In this document: in pieces, positions 26,821-36,449 of the stretch
Layout of the letters: each line of letters begins with the position of its first letter
How positions within the stretch are numbered: position 1 is the first letter of the stretch
Assembly (NCBI GenBank): GCA_965365175.1
Contig: CBDUAR010000001.1
Span: forward strand, 1 to 59,337
Direction: 5' to 3'
Source: an uncultured archaeon
GTDB lineage: Archaea; Nanobdellota; Nanobdellia; Pacearchaeales; GW2011-AR1
Length of the DNA stretch: 59,337 nucleotides
Position numbers and translations under genes: made by a program
Notes under the pieces: model-generated
Told to the model about the DNA's origin: nothing
Seen by the model: the letters and a program-made list of their open reading frames with translations, nothing else
Databases searched by the model: none

Positions 26821-28245
26821 TTAACCTCCACATCCGCCACAGCCACATCCCCCCGAAGCCTTAGGCGCCGCAGATTCTATCTCTTGAGAGCTTGCCTCTC
26901 CAGAATCAGTTACAATGAAACTTCCCGGAATCATCCCCATCCAACAACTCCATCTAATAGTACCTGTTTTGTCAGGAGTAAACTCTACAACATTCATGCC
27001 TTTCTCTAGTTTGATATCTAGTCCGTAATCCTTAACATAAATTTCATTATTACATCCAGTAAGTTCCTTAACATCAATATTCCATTTAACAGGAATTCCC
27101 TTCTTTAACACAAATGAATTTGGTTCCCAACCAGATCTATAAACCTCCATATTAATTTCTTGATAATCTCCAACAATTTTAACTTGTTCAGACTCAACTC
27201 CTATAATTTTATCTTTAAGGGTGTCTAGAGTAATTGAACTTCCAGTTATAGTTAGTCCCCGATTCAACATGATTAATCCCAAGATTAGAACTATAACCGC
27301 AGAAATTTTCAATATCTTTTTAGTAGTATTTTTACTAATCACTGTTGCCAAACTTCCAAAACCAAACATTACTGGTAGAGTCCCCAAACCAAATGCCGCT
27401 AAGGCGCTAAGACCAGAAAAGAAATTTCCAGTTCCTGCAGCATATAGGTACATAGCTTGTAATGGACCACATGCAATGAATAATCCGCTCAATGCACCAG
27501 TCACAAAAGGTCCCTTGTAAGGTCCCTTAGCACTCATAGAAGCCTTAGAAGAAAATTTTGACAAAAACTTAGGATTAAATTGAAATCTTCTAAAGAATTT
27601 AACCCCCATCATACTTAATGAGAAAAAGATCATAAACAAACCAGCAATAATTGCAACAGCTCCTCTAAGACCCACGCTAAATGCAAAGAATCCTCCAATC
27701 AACCCAAAGATACCCCCAATAAGAGCGTAAGAAAATACTTTAGAAGCACCATAGACCAAGTGTTGTCCAAATCCTTTATAGCCATTTATAGCATTTTTTG
27801 TAGTATAAGATAGAACAAAAGCCCCACACATTGAAACACAATGGAAACCAGTGAGGATTCCAGCAAGGAATAATAAGAATAATCCAGAACCTTCACCAAT
27901 AGCGGGAATACCTATATTTAATCCTCCTAGATAATTATATAGATAATATCCAATACCAATTAATCCCAATGCAATTATAATAAACGGGATGTAATCTACT
28001 TTATTCTTTTTGGAAGTAGTTTTTTCTTCAGTAATCTTATCTCCCCCAATTTCGTAACCACTATCTCTAATTATATCTTTTATTTGTTCAGAGGAAATTT
28101 TTTCAGGATCATACTCAATTTCAGCAATACCCTTAGAATAACTAACAGTAACGTGTTTAACTTTATCTTTTAATGACTCTTCAATAACTCTTTCACACGA
28201 GTTACAATGCATTCCTTCAATATGAATTATCTTTTTAGCCATCAC
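26821..28245 (-). CDS. HMA domain / DsbD_2-type membrane domain / cupredoxin-like domain fusion with a Cys-Gly tail
   Basis: GMHCNSC; polytopic core with GFHCVSMCG; C-terminal beta domain ...TGTIRWSCWMGMIPGSFIV; ends GGCGCGGCGG. Confidence 0.7.
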   Translation of the reverse strand: MMAKKIIHIEGMHCNSCERVIEESLKDKVKHVTVSYSKGIAEIEYDPEKISSEQIKDIIRDSGYEIGGDKITEEKTTSKKNKVDYIPFIIIALGLIGIGYYLYNYLGGLNIGIPAIGEGSGLFLLFLAGILTGFHCVSMCGAFVLSYTTKNAINGYKGFGQHLVYGASKVFSYALIGGIFGLIGGFFAFSVGLRGAVAIIAGLFMIFFSLSMMGVKFFRRFQFNPKFLSKFSSKASMSAKGPYKGPFVTGALSGLFIACGPLQAMYLYAAGTGNFFSGLSALAAFGLGTLPVMFGFGSLATVISKNTTKKILKISAVIVLILGLIMLNRGLTITGSSITLDTLKDKIIGVESEQVKIVGDYQEINMEVYRSGWEPNSFVLKKGIPVKWNIDVKELTGCNNEIYVKDYGLDIKLEKGMNVVEFTPDKTGTIRWSCWMGMIPGSFIVTDSGEASSQEIESAAPKASGGCGCGGCGG

Positions 28246-28290
28246 TTTTCTAGAAAAATATGTTATATAACTACTTAGGTGAAACTAGTT

Positions 28291-28758
28291 TCATTTCAAA
28301 ACCACGACGTTATTCATTCCTCTTCTCTTTCTTTCAACAATATCTTTTGACTCTAACTTATCTAATATTCTAGTCATTCCAACTTTTCCAACATCTAATT
28401 TTTCCATCAATGTTCTCTGAAAAATAGCTCCTTCCTTCTGCAGCATCTTCACAACTTCTTTTTCTCTAATATTCAAGCCTTTCAAATCTATTTTCTTTTT
28501 CTTAGCTTTAATCTTTTTAACAACTATTCTTTCTTTAGGCTTCATAAACATGATAACTAAACCAATAACTAATATAACTGCCGCAATAGCCAAACTAATA
28601 TAAGTTTGAACAGCAATAGTATCAAACATAGTACAAGTAGGACCGTGAGTACAAGTCTCTCCAACAATACTCTTTAATCCACTATTAAATATTAATATTA
28701 TAATTCCAATTACAATAGCAATTCCAACAATTAACCAACCAACATGTTTATTTTCCAT
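28291..28758 (-). CDS. membrane-tethered winged-helix (MarR/ArsR-like) regulator
   Basis: Two TM helices flank the loop GETCTHGPTCTMFD; C-terminal REKEVVKMLQKEGAIFQRTLMEKLDVGKVGMTRILDKLESKDIVERKR. Confidence 0.6.
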   Translation of the reverse strand: MENKHVGWLIVGIAIVIGIIILIFNSGLKSIVGETCTHGPTCTMFDTIAVQTYISLAIAAVILVIGLVIMFMKPKERIVVKKIKAKKKKIDLKGLNIREKEVVKMLQKEGAIFQRTLMEKLDVGKVGMTRILDKLESKDIVERKRRGMNNVVVLK

Positions 28759-29128
28759 CTTCGTAATTCTTGATTGCCTTTTTCAAAGCCTCTATTCCTA
28801 GAACAGAACAGTGAACCTTTATGTTAGGCATTCCTTTTAATTTTTTAATAATATCTGTTTTATTAATTTTTTTGGCATCTTTAATACTTTTTCCTTTAGC
28901 TATTTCACATACAGCATCTGAAGCGGCAATGGCAGCAGCACATCCGAATGTTTTAAACCCGATGTCTTTTATTTTTTCAGTTTTGGGATCAACTTTAATC
29001 TCAAGGTGCATTATATCTCCACAAGCAACATTTCCAACCTCTCCAATCCCATTAGCATCTTTAACATCTTTTACAAATTTGGGATTCTTGAAGTGTTTCA
29101 TTAACTCTTTTGAATATTCTAATGTCAT
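28748..29128 (-). CDS. iscU: IscU/NifU-type Fe-S scaffold
   Basis: [15 protein letters not shown] and KVHCS scaffold Cys motifs; ATGA overlap with the arsM stop. Confidence 0.88.
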   Translation of the reverse strand: MTLEYSKELMKHFKNPKFVKDVKDANGIGEVGNVACGDIMHLEIKVDPKTEKIKDIGFKTFGCAAAIAASDAVCEIAKGKSIKDAKKINKTDIIKKLKGMPNIKVHCSVLGIEALKKAIKNYEDGK

Positions 29129-29922
29129 TTTGAACAACAGCACACACGAACTTTTTTAATAGGATTGAAATTCAAATTCTTAGTAATTTCTAATTTTAAA
29201 CTCATAAGATCAATTCCATTATATTGTTCTTTACTTATTTTTCTATCTTCATTTAATATTTTATATTTTAATCCAGAATCTTCCAATATTTTTAGATAGT
29301 CTTCTTTTAGTAATGCTCCTCCCACACAACCACATAATAATTTTTCATCTTTTCTTTTACTTTCATTTAATTCTTTAAGTAAAACTATATCCGATACAAA
29401 CATCTTTCCCGAATCTTTCATAACTCTTCTAGCTTCACTAAACACCCTATCTTTATTTGGAGCAAGATTGATTACACAATTACTGATTATAATATCAATA
29501 CTCTTATCCTCTAAAGGAATGTTTTCAATATCTCCTAATTTAAATTCAACATTTTTATATCCATATTTTTTAGCCAACTTTTTGGATTTGTTAATCATTT
29601 CCTCAGTTATATCAACTCCAATAACTTTACCTTTATTCCCAATTTTTTTAGCAGCTAAAAATGCATCAAATCCTGCCCCACTTCCAAGATCTAAAACAAT
29701 GTCGCCTTCATTAATATTAGCAAGTGCGATAGGATTTCCACATCCTAATCCTAAATTTGCTTCAGGAACATTTTCTATTTCTTCTTCACTGTAACCTATG
29801 GATTTAGAAATATGCTCGTTTGTTTTTGAATTATCGCAGGCACATTTACTTCCACAACATCCTTTTTTAGATATCTCTTTATATCCTTTTTTTACTATTT
29901 CCTTAATTTCTTCCTCTTTCAT
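29125..29922 (-). CDS. arsM: ArsM-like SAM-dependent (arsenite) methyltransferase
   Basis: [19 protein letters not shown] (SAM motif I), CGCVGGA; Cys-rich termini. Confidence 0.75.
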   Translation of the reverse strand: MKEEEIKEIVKKGYKEISKKGCCGSKCACDNSKTNEHISKSIGYSEEEIENVPEANLGLGCGNPIALANINEGDIVLDLGSGAGFDAFLAAKKIGNKGKVIGVDITEEMINKSKKLAKKYGYKNVEFKLGDIENIPLEDKSIDIIISNCVINLAPNKDRVFSEARRVMKDSGKMFVSDIVLLKELNESKRKDEKLLCGCVGGALLKEDYLKILEDSGLKYKILNEDRKISKEQYNGIDLMSLKLEITKNLNFNPIKKVRVCCCSK

Positions 29923-30113
29923 TTGTTCAATTTCCCTACCAATTTTTCAATATCTTTTTCATCTACCCCATGGGCCAAACATCCATCTTCAATAGATTCC
30001 ATCTGAGCCATCGGACATCCAACACAACCCATTCCAGCATCCATCAAAAGTTGAGCAGCTTCTGGTTTTTTCTCAAGCAATTCCCCTATCTTAGTGTCTT
30101 TAGTTATTTTCAT
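29919..30113 (-). CDS. DUF1858-type small redox-disulfide protein
   Basis: 64 aa with GMGCVGCP (CxxC) in the pattern I recall for hybrid-cluster-protein-associated redox disulfide domains. Confidence 0.6.
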   Translation of the reverse strand: MKITKDTKIGELLEKKPEAAQLLMDAGMGCVGCPMAQMESIEDGCLAHGVDEKDIEKLVGKLNK

Positions 30114-31249
30114 TTTAATGGGCTGATTCTCCTTAATCTTTCAACAGTACTTTTAATTTCTTTAATAGCATAATCAACTTCTTCTCTAGTAGTATATTTG
30201 CTCAAACTCAATCTAATTGAACTATTAGCTTCTAAGGGGTTTAAACCTAATGCAAGTAAAACATGACTTGGATCTAATGATTTTGAACTACATGCAGAAC
30301 CTGTTGAAGTAAATATTCCCTTAGCATTCAAAAATGAACCAATAGCCTCACCCTCAATATTATGAAATGAAATATTGATATTATTACAAAGTCTATCTGC
30401 ACCTTTAGGCCCATTTAATTTAGTATTAGGAATTTCCAATAATTTATCAACAAAATAATCTCTTAATTTTCTCATCTTTCTCAAACTTAACCATCCATAG
30501 ACCTTTGTAGCTTTAGCAAATCCAACAATGCCGGCAACATTTTCTGTAGAACTTCTTATCTTCATCTCTTGACCTCCTCCATGAAGTAACGGAGTAATCT
30601 TAATTCCAGATCTTATGTAAAGAGCCCCCACTCCCTTAGGACCATGAATTTTATGAGCATTCAACGTCATTAAATCAATATTATCTTTATCAATATTAAT
30701 CGGAACTTTAGTAAAACTTTGACATGCATCAGTATGAAATAAAACTTTTTTCTTTCTACAAACTGCACCTATTGCTCTAATATTTTGAATAGTACCTACT
30801 TCATTATTTCCATGAATAACAGAAACCAAGAAGGTTTCACTTGTAATGGCCTTTTCTACATCTTTTGGATCAACAAAACCTTTTTCATCAACATCCAGAT
30901 AAGTAACTTTACAACCTTGTGTCTTAAGCCATTTACAAGCATTTAATACACAATCATGTTCTATTTTGGTAGTAATGATATGTTTCTTGCCAGAACTAAA
31001 GAATAATCCTTTAATAGCCAAATTATTTGCTTCGGTTCCACTTCCAGTAAAAATAATATTATTATATTTAGCACCTATTGCACTTGCGATTGTTGTTCTA
31101 GCCTCCTCCATAAGTCTCTTTGCTTCTTGTCCTTTCAAATGTAATGAAGAAGGATTACCATACTTCAAATTATAAACAGGAACCATTGCCTCAACAACCT
31201 TGTCATCAACTCTTGTTGTTGCAGCGTTATCTAAATAAACTTCCTTCAT
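30110..31249 (-). CDS. iscS: cysteine desulfurase (IscS/NifS class)
   Basis: YLDNAATT, LNAHKIHGPKG (PLP Lys), SSGSACSS active-Cys loop; ATGA overlap with the arsR stop. Confidence 0.92.
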   Translation of the reverse strand: MKEVYLDNAATTRVDDKVVEAMVPVYNLKYGNPSSLHLKGQEAKRLMEEARTTIASAIGAKYNNIIFTGSGTEANNLAIKGLFFSSGKKHIITTKIEHDCVLNACKWLKTQGCKVTYLDVDEKGFVDPKDVEKAITSETFLVSVIHGNNEVGTIQNIRAIGAVCRKKKVLFHTDACQSFTKVPINIDKDNIDLMTLNAHKIHGPKGVGALYIRSGIKITPLLHGGGQEMKIRSSTENVAGIVGFAKATKVYGWLSLRKMRKLRDYFVDKLLEIPNTKLNGPKGADRLCNNINISFHNIEGEAIGSFLNAKGIFTSTGSACSSKSLDPSHVLLALGLNPLEANSSIRLSLSKYTTREEVDYAIKEIKSTVERLRRISPLK

Positions 31250-31557
31250 GCGCATCTCCCCTTGCAATGGCAGATACCCTTACAAAATGTTTTAGAATGT
31301 TTTTCAATTAATTTTAACATAGGAACAATTGTATTCTTATTCAATAAATATATTCTCTGCTTTCCACTTTGCTTAACTTTTACAATATTGCAACATCTCA
31401 ATGAAGATAGAGCGTGAGAAATTTTACTCTGCTCAACATTTAACTCTTTAGATAATTCAGTAACGTTTTTTTCCTTATTTTTCAAACTAAGTATAATATC
31501 TATCCTCAATTTATTCGCCAGATTTGTAAAGAATACATGATATGTTTGATTTTTCAT
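31246..31557 (-). CDS. arsR: ArsR/SmtB-family metalloregulator with a Cys-rich tail
   Basis: wHTH LSKELNVEQSKISHALSSLRCCNIV; C-terminal FCKGICHCKGRCA. Confidence 0.8.
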   Translation of the reverse strand: MKNQTYHVFFTNLANKLRIDIILSLKNKEKNVTELSKELNVEQSKISHALSSLRCCNIVKVKQSGKQRIYLLNKNTIVPMLKLIEKHSKTFCKGICHCKGRCA

Positions 31558-31588
31558 ATGAAATGCAATTCATACAAGTTTATAAAGA

Positions 31589-32020
31589 TTATTGTTTCTC
31601 TTTTCCAACCCTCATAAGCATATCAAAAACAAAATGATTATATCTATCATATTTTTTCTTAAGTTCTTCCGGGTCATGGCCCAAATCGAATAGTTCGCTT
31701 AAAGCCATAGCAACAGCAGGAGATCTGTTTTCCCCCCTACTGCAATGAACTAAAAGAGCCTCCACTCCTTCCATATTTTGCCTAAAATCTTCAACTATCT
31801 TTCTAGCAGTGCCTTCATCTAGCCATTTATCTCCTCCTTTAATAATGAACGGATGAGTATCATTATCATCAAAAGTATATTCTGAAACTTTTTTATACAA
31901 TGAAGATTCTTGTAGAGGCTGGGCATCAATTTTATAACTAGAAAATATTCTTATCGCATAGGTAGGCTTATCTGGGACATGTGCAGCTGCATCCCACCAA
32001 GACATAATATGCAAATCCAT
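31589..32020 (-). CDS. small CX5R protein-phosphatase-like protein
   Basis: LVHCSRGENRS matches the HCX5R(S/T) phosphatase P-loop. Confidence 0.6.
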   Translation of the reverse strand: MDLHIMSWWDAAAHVPDKPTYAIRIFSSYKIDAQPLQESSLYKKVSEYTFDDNDTHPFIIKGGDKWLDEGTARKIVEDFRQNMEGVEALLVHCSRGENRSPAVAMALSELFDLGHDPEELKKKYDRYNHFVFDMLMRVGKEKQ

Positions 32021-32065
32021 GAAAGATGAGAACTACTTAACTATATAAGGATTATTGAGATGAAA

Positions 32066-34768
32066 TTACTTTTTCTTCTTTCCTTCAAAAACAAGAAATG
32101 CTACAATGAGAATTACTAGTCCAATAGCACTTCCAACAATTATCTTCAATGTTGTAGGACCAAATGAAAGAACTGAACCATTACTCTCCATAGTTTCATT
32201 AGCAGTAACATTTCCTTCAGAAATTTGTCTTGTTCCAACCGCTTCATAAATTTCCTTAAGGGTTATTCTAGCATAAGTTGTCTTATATTCACTATATTTA
32301 ACTTCCAATTCATAGAAATTATCGTTGTCTATATCAACTTTTTTAGTTTCATTAAGACCAATATTTACTGTTACTGGATCACTAGATATAACCACTTCAA
32401 TAGAATTTGCACTAAATGTATCCAATTCTAATATATGTTCTAATGATTTCAAATTAAATTTAACCTTATCATTATTCATCATAGATTTTGTATAACCTTC
32501 AGCCATTTGAACATCGCTAATAAAATGTATTGTCTCTTCAGGAGTTGTAGTAGTTGTAGTAGTTGTGGTAGTTGTAGTACTGCTAGAAGAAGTATCTTCA
32601 CTACTATCGTCCGAGCTAGTTGTAGAAGTCGCAGTAACTGTTAATTCTATTGTAGATGAAGTTCCAGAATTTCCTAGATCATCGTAACATTTTATATACC
32701 AGTCATAACTTCCATCAGAAGTATCAAAAGTTATCGTCTGAGTTGTATCTTTTGTAATGCTAGTATCTGTGCTTTCTAAATCTCCATCCAAGTATAAACT
32801 ACAATTCTCAACATCAACTAAATCAGTAACACTAAATTGGTAATCGATGTCTCCCTCTTCTAAACTATCCTGATCCTCTGGTTCAATCAAAGTTATAATC
32901 GGACCAGTTTTGTCGTAAGTCAAAGTATAATTAGAGCCTGCAAAAATTGAGTTTCCATCCTCATCGCTAGCAAAACAATTCCATTCATTAGTATCTTCAA
33001 CAGAAATATTATAATCAAAAGAACTAGAATTAGAATTTCCAGTTATGTTATTTGTGGTGTTATAAATTAAACCGGTAGAATTCCAAACCTTCAAAGTAAC
33101 ATTTGTAAGATTAGCGATAGTAGAATTTACAGAGCAATTAAATGTAGTATTATTTGTTGTTGAATAAGTATTATCACTCGGAGAGTTTAAATTCATTGAA
33201 GCAATTCCAATTTTTATAGTATAATTAGATGAGGAAAAATTAGAATTACTTTTATTATCTTCACTAAGACAATTCCAAATATAAGTTCCATTGTTTAATG
33301 TTATATTTAAAGAAAGTTCCAGATTATTTGAAGTGGCATTTAATGTTGTTTCATTGATTACGCTACCTGTTGAGTTCCATAAATAAAAAGTTAAGTTGGC
33401 CAATTGTATTGGATCTTCAGCACTACAATTAAATGTCTGATTGACATTTGAGCTTAAGGTATCATCTGAAGGAGAATTTAGTGTAACTTCAGGAGCTTCA
33501 ATGTCAATATCTAATAATGTTTGATAAATTTGAATTCTAGAAAAATCCAATCCACTTCCAGCATCATTTATTACTTTTCCACTATCATTTAAGGCATCCT
33601 CAATTTCAGAAGGCAACATAACAGAACTTCCAACTAATCTTCTGTATTGGTTTATCAAAGCGAAAGCTCCAGCAACGTGAGGCGTAGACATCGAGGTTCC
33701 AGAGGAAGTAGCATAACCCCCATTTAAATAACTAGAGTTAATATTTACCCCTGGAGCTAATAATAAAACCAAAGAATTTCTATTTCCTCCCAAATACATT
33801 GCATCACTCTTATTTGTTCCTCCAACAGGAGTGGCATTTTCAACACAAGCAGGTCCGGATATTTGTGTAGTACTTCCCTCATTTCCTGCAGCAACAATTA
33901 CAGAAATATTAGCAGCAACAGCATTGTTTATTTCATTAGCAAGAGGATCAGCAGGACAATAAGTAGAAGATGAACCTCCTCCAAGGCTCATACTAATGAC
34001 ACTAATATTATATGTATCTTTATTTGCAACACACCAATCAATTGCTTTTTCAATATCATCATCCCAGAAAGTACCTGTAGCATTAGCAGCTTTTATTATT
34101 GCCAAATTTGCACCTGGCGCAACCCCTGTAAGAGAACCGCTTGCTGCGATAGTTCCCGCAACATGTGAACCATGTCCATGTTGATCATCAGGAGCAGAAT
34201 CTTCAGTAGTACAATTAACATCATCAGCACAATAATCGTATCCTGCGATCATTTTATATCCCCCTCCAAAACCTCCTCCAAGAGCAGGGTGGTCTAAATC
34301 CGCACCGGTATCAATAACACAAACAGTCTCTCCAATTCCAGTCAAATTAATTCCATTTGATTGCAAACTCCAAACAGGAGTGGCATTAATTATTAGAACA
34401 CTATCTTGCATATCAATTGTTCTCATCCGTACAGGCTCAACGAGGTCAACTTTATTATCCTTCTGCAGCATATCTAATTCCTCTTGGGAAATCATTGCAG
34501 AAACTCTTCCTTCATCATCAAAAGTATGTTTTATTTTGGAATTCAAATCCTTTTTAATTTTTTTAATATCCTTTTTATCTTTCAATTGAATGTTTACTCT
34601 AACAGTTTTATTTTCTTTAACTGATTCAATAATACTACTTTCAACTTTAACTCCTTCTTCAGAAACAGCATAACCTGTTATAGTATATCCAGTATTCTTG
34701 CTAATACTCCCAAAAATAAAACTAATTAATACTACTATAGCAATTAAAAAATATACCTCTTTTCTCAT
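32066..34768 (-). CDS. cell-surface subtilisin-like (S8) serine protease with tandem Ig-like repeats, a poly-Thr stalk and a C-terminal TM anchor
   Basis: Catalytic triad motifs VIDTGAD, HGHGSHVAG, GTSMSTPHVAG; signal anchor; three repeats of about 95 aa; T11 run; C-terminal LKIIVGSAIGLVILIVAFLVF-KKKK. Confidence 0.9.
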   Translation of the reverse strand: MRKEVYFLIAIVVLISFIFGSISKNTGYTITGYAVSEEGVKVESSIIESVKENKTVRVNIQLKDKKDIKKIKKDLNSKIKHTFDDEGRVSAMISQEELDMLQKDNKVDLVEPVRMRTIDMQDSVLIINATPVWSLQSNGINLTGIGETVCVIDTGADLDHPALGGGFGGGYKMIAGYDYCADDVNCTTEDSAPDDQHGHGSHVAGTIAASGSLTGVAPGANLAIIKAANATGTFWDDDIEKAIDWCVANKDTYNISVISMSLGGGSSSTYCPADPLANEINNAVAANISVIVAAGNEGSTTQISGPACVENATPVGGTNKSDAMYLGGNRNSLVLLLAPGVNINSSYLNGGYATSSGTSMSTPHVAGAFALINQYRRLVGSSVMLPSEIEDALNDSGKVINDAGSGLDFSRIQIYQTLLDIDIEAPEVTLNSPSDDTLSSNVNQTFNCSAEDPIQLANLTFYLWNSTGSVINETTLNATSNNLELSLNITLNNGTYIWNCLSEDNKSNSNFSSSNYTIKIGIASMNLNSPSDNTYSTTNNTTFNCSVNSTIANLTNVTLKVWNSTGLIYNTTNNITGNSNSSSFDYNISVEDTNEWNCFASDEDGNSIFAGSNYTLTYDKTGPIITLIEPEDQDSLEEGDIDYQFSVTDLVDVENCSLYLDGDLESTDTSITKDTTQTITFDTSDGSYDWYIKCYDDLGNSGTSSTIELTVTATSTTSSDDSSEDTSSSSTTTTTTTTTTTTPEETIHFISDVQMAEGYTKSMMNNDKVKFNLKSLEHILELDTFSANSIEVVISSDPVTVNIGLNETKKVDIDNDNFYELEVKYSEYKTTYARITLKEIYEAVGTRQISEGNVTANETMESNGSVLSFGPTTLKIIVGSAIGLVILIVAFLVFEGKKKK

Positions 34769-34811
34769 TTTAAACTAATAGTTTATATAACTACATATCT
34801 TTTAAATATTT

Positions 34812-35102
34812 ATGTATAAGATAATAAAATATAAGAATAAAAAAGTAAAAGCTAAGGTTTGCAATTGGTTTCAAAAAATTTCTGGCCTAATGTTTAAGAG
34901 TAGAAAAACTGAACCCCTGTTATTTGAATTTTCAAAACCTGCAAGAAGAGCAATACATTCATACTTTGTATTTTTTCCATTTATTGCAGTTTGGTATAAT
35001 AAAAATAAAATAGTTGAAGTAAAAAAAGTTAAACCTTTCACATTACACGTAAAACCAAAAAAACCTTTCACAAAACTTTTAGAAATTCCCCTAAAATCCT
35101 AG
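34812..35102 (+). CDS. DUF192-like small protein
   Basis: ISGLMFKSR...FVFFPFIAVWYNKN resembles the DUF192 (COG1430) core, from memory. Confidence 0.5.
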   Translation: MYKIIKYKNKKVKAKVCNWFQKISGLMFKSRKTEPLLFEFSKPARRAIHSYFVFFPFIAVWYNKNKIVEVKKVKPFTLHVKPKKPFTKLLEIPLKS

Positions 35103-35648
35103 ACAATCTCTGTAACCAATAATACTTTTATATTTCCAACCAAGGGACACAGTAGATTTCTCAGTTTCCATAGCAAAATCTCCGTTTCTTTGTGCACTTT
35201 GAATAATTTCACAGAAATTATCTCCTTTTAATAACGGAAGATTTCTAGAATGCATAATTAAAGCCATATCAACTTCTGAAAGTGAAGCTTCACCTTGAAT
35301 AGCATTTCCTGTTGTTAATATGTAAGTTCTTTCCCATTCTCTTGAACCTGAATTAAAATTAAAAAAACTTAATTTAATTCTAGCAGATTCGGGGAGTAAT
35401 TGAATAATTTCGTTCTGAGGAAGAATTTCTTCTAATCTTTGGTAGTCCTCCTCCGATGCAGTTACAATTTCTTTCGGAACAACTACTTCCTGTCTTGAAG
35501 GAGATTTTTCACTTTGTTGGGATTGACTAGAAATAGCCTCAGAAGATATATTTTCATTACTAAAATAAATATTGCCAAGATAAAATCCTAAAAGAATAAC
35601 CATAATCAAAATCAGTGCAATGTTATATTTGGTTAATTTTCTTACCAT
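35091..35648 (-). CDS. hypothetical membrane-anchored protein
   Basis: 185-aa ORF; N-terminal TM IALILIMVILLGFYLGNIYF; no family recognised. Confidence 0.45.
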   Translation of the reverse strand: MVRKLTKYNIALILIMVILLGFYLGNIYFSNENISSEAISSQSQQSEKSPSRQEVVVPKEIVTASEEDYQRLEEILPQNEIIQLLPESARIKLSFFNFNSGSREWERTYILTTGNAIQGEASLSEVDMALIMHSRNLPLLKGDNFCEIIQSAQRNGDFAMETEKSTVSLGWKYKSIIGYRDCLGF

Positions 35649-35658
35649 TTTATAAAAA

Positions 35659-35729
35659 TGGGCGCGGAGGGAATTGAACCCCCTTCTCTCGGGCTGGAGC
35701 CGAGTATAATACCAGTATACGACGCACCC
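35659..35729 (-). tRNA. tRNA-Trp (anticodon CCA)
   Basis: Manual fold: acceptor GGGUGCG/CGCGCCC, anticodon stem CUCGG/CCGAG with loop CUCCAGC, T arm GGGGG-UUCAAUU-CCCUC; short D arm. Confidence 0.75.
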
Positions 35730-35762
35730 TATATATTAGTTAGAAATTTCCTATTTTTAAAC

Positions 35763-36449
35763 TTATTTCAAGTTCTTTATATCCTTAATCTCTTCATCAG
35801 ATATAGAACATCCCTTAAATTTCAAAGCATAGAGTAATGCGTCTAGAACAGTTCTGCCATCTTTTAATTTTGTCAAACCTTTTTTCCAGGCAACATAAAT
35901 TAACTCCGTTGATCTAATAAATCTAAATCCCCTAAAATATTTGAAGTCCTGCTTCTGAAGTTTTACTTTAGTATGCATTTTTCTTTCTAACAATTCTTTC
36001 AGGTTTTCTGGTTTTTCTCCCAACATTCTAATAGTTCTTTCATCAACAGCAATAACGTGAGGAATTTTTTTATCTAGAAGAATTCTACTTAATGCTAAAC
36101 ATGATGCTTCACCAGAATGAATTAAATTAATATTTCCTTTATATCCAACGAACATACTATTGGCAATTTCAACCATCTTGTTTTTCTTTGATACAATCTC
36201 ACTATTTTTTATCCCAAGAGAATCTGGCAATTCCAAAACTTTCTCATCAAATAATTTTCTTAACCTTAAAGCTTCCAATTCAAATCTTTTTACAGTAAGG
36301 GGTCTATCTATAATCTCATACTTAACATCTTCAGTTATCAAAAATTTACCCTCAAAAACATCCTTCAATTTCACAACTTCATCTAACAAACCATTCATAG
36401 AAAAACTAATCAAAGTACTTGCGTCAAAGATTATTGCCCCTTCCATCAT
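35763..36449 (-). CDS. PIN-like domain protein (conserved archaeal hypothetical)
   Basis: N-terminal AIIFDASTLISF acidic-residue pattern typical of PIN folds; 4-nt overlap with the upstream gene. Confidence 0.4.
   Translation of the reverse strand: MMEGAIIFDASTLISFSMNGLLDEVVKLKDVFEGKFLITEDVKYEIIDRPLTVKRFELEALRLRKLFDEKVLELPDSLGIKNSEIVSKKNKMVEIANSMFVGYKGNINLIHSGEASCLALSRILLDKKIPHVIAVDERTIRMLGEKPENLKELLERKMHTKVKLQKQDFKYFRGFRFIRSTELIYVAWKKGLTKLKDGRTVLDALLYALKFKGCSISDEEIKDIKNLK

Noticed and set aside
32540-32600. Tandem ACN/AGN trinucleotide repeat as a non-coding microsatellite
   Set aside because: It lies in frame within the S8 protease and encodes the Ser/Thr (T11) stalk, so it is a coding low-complexity linker.
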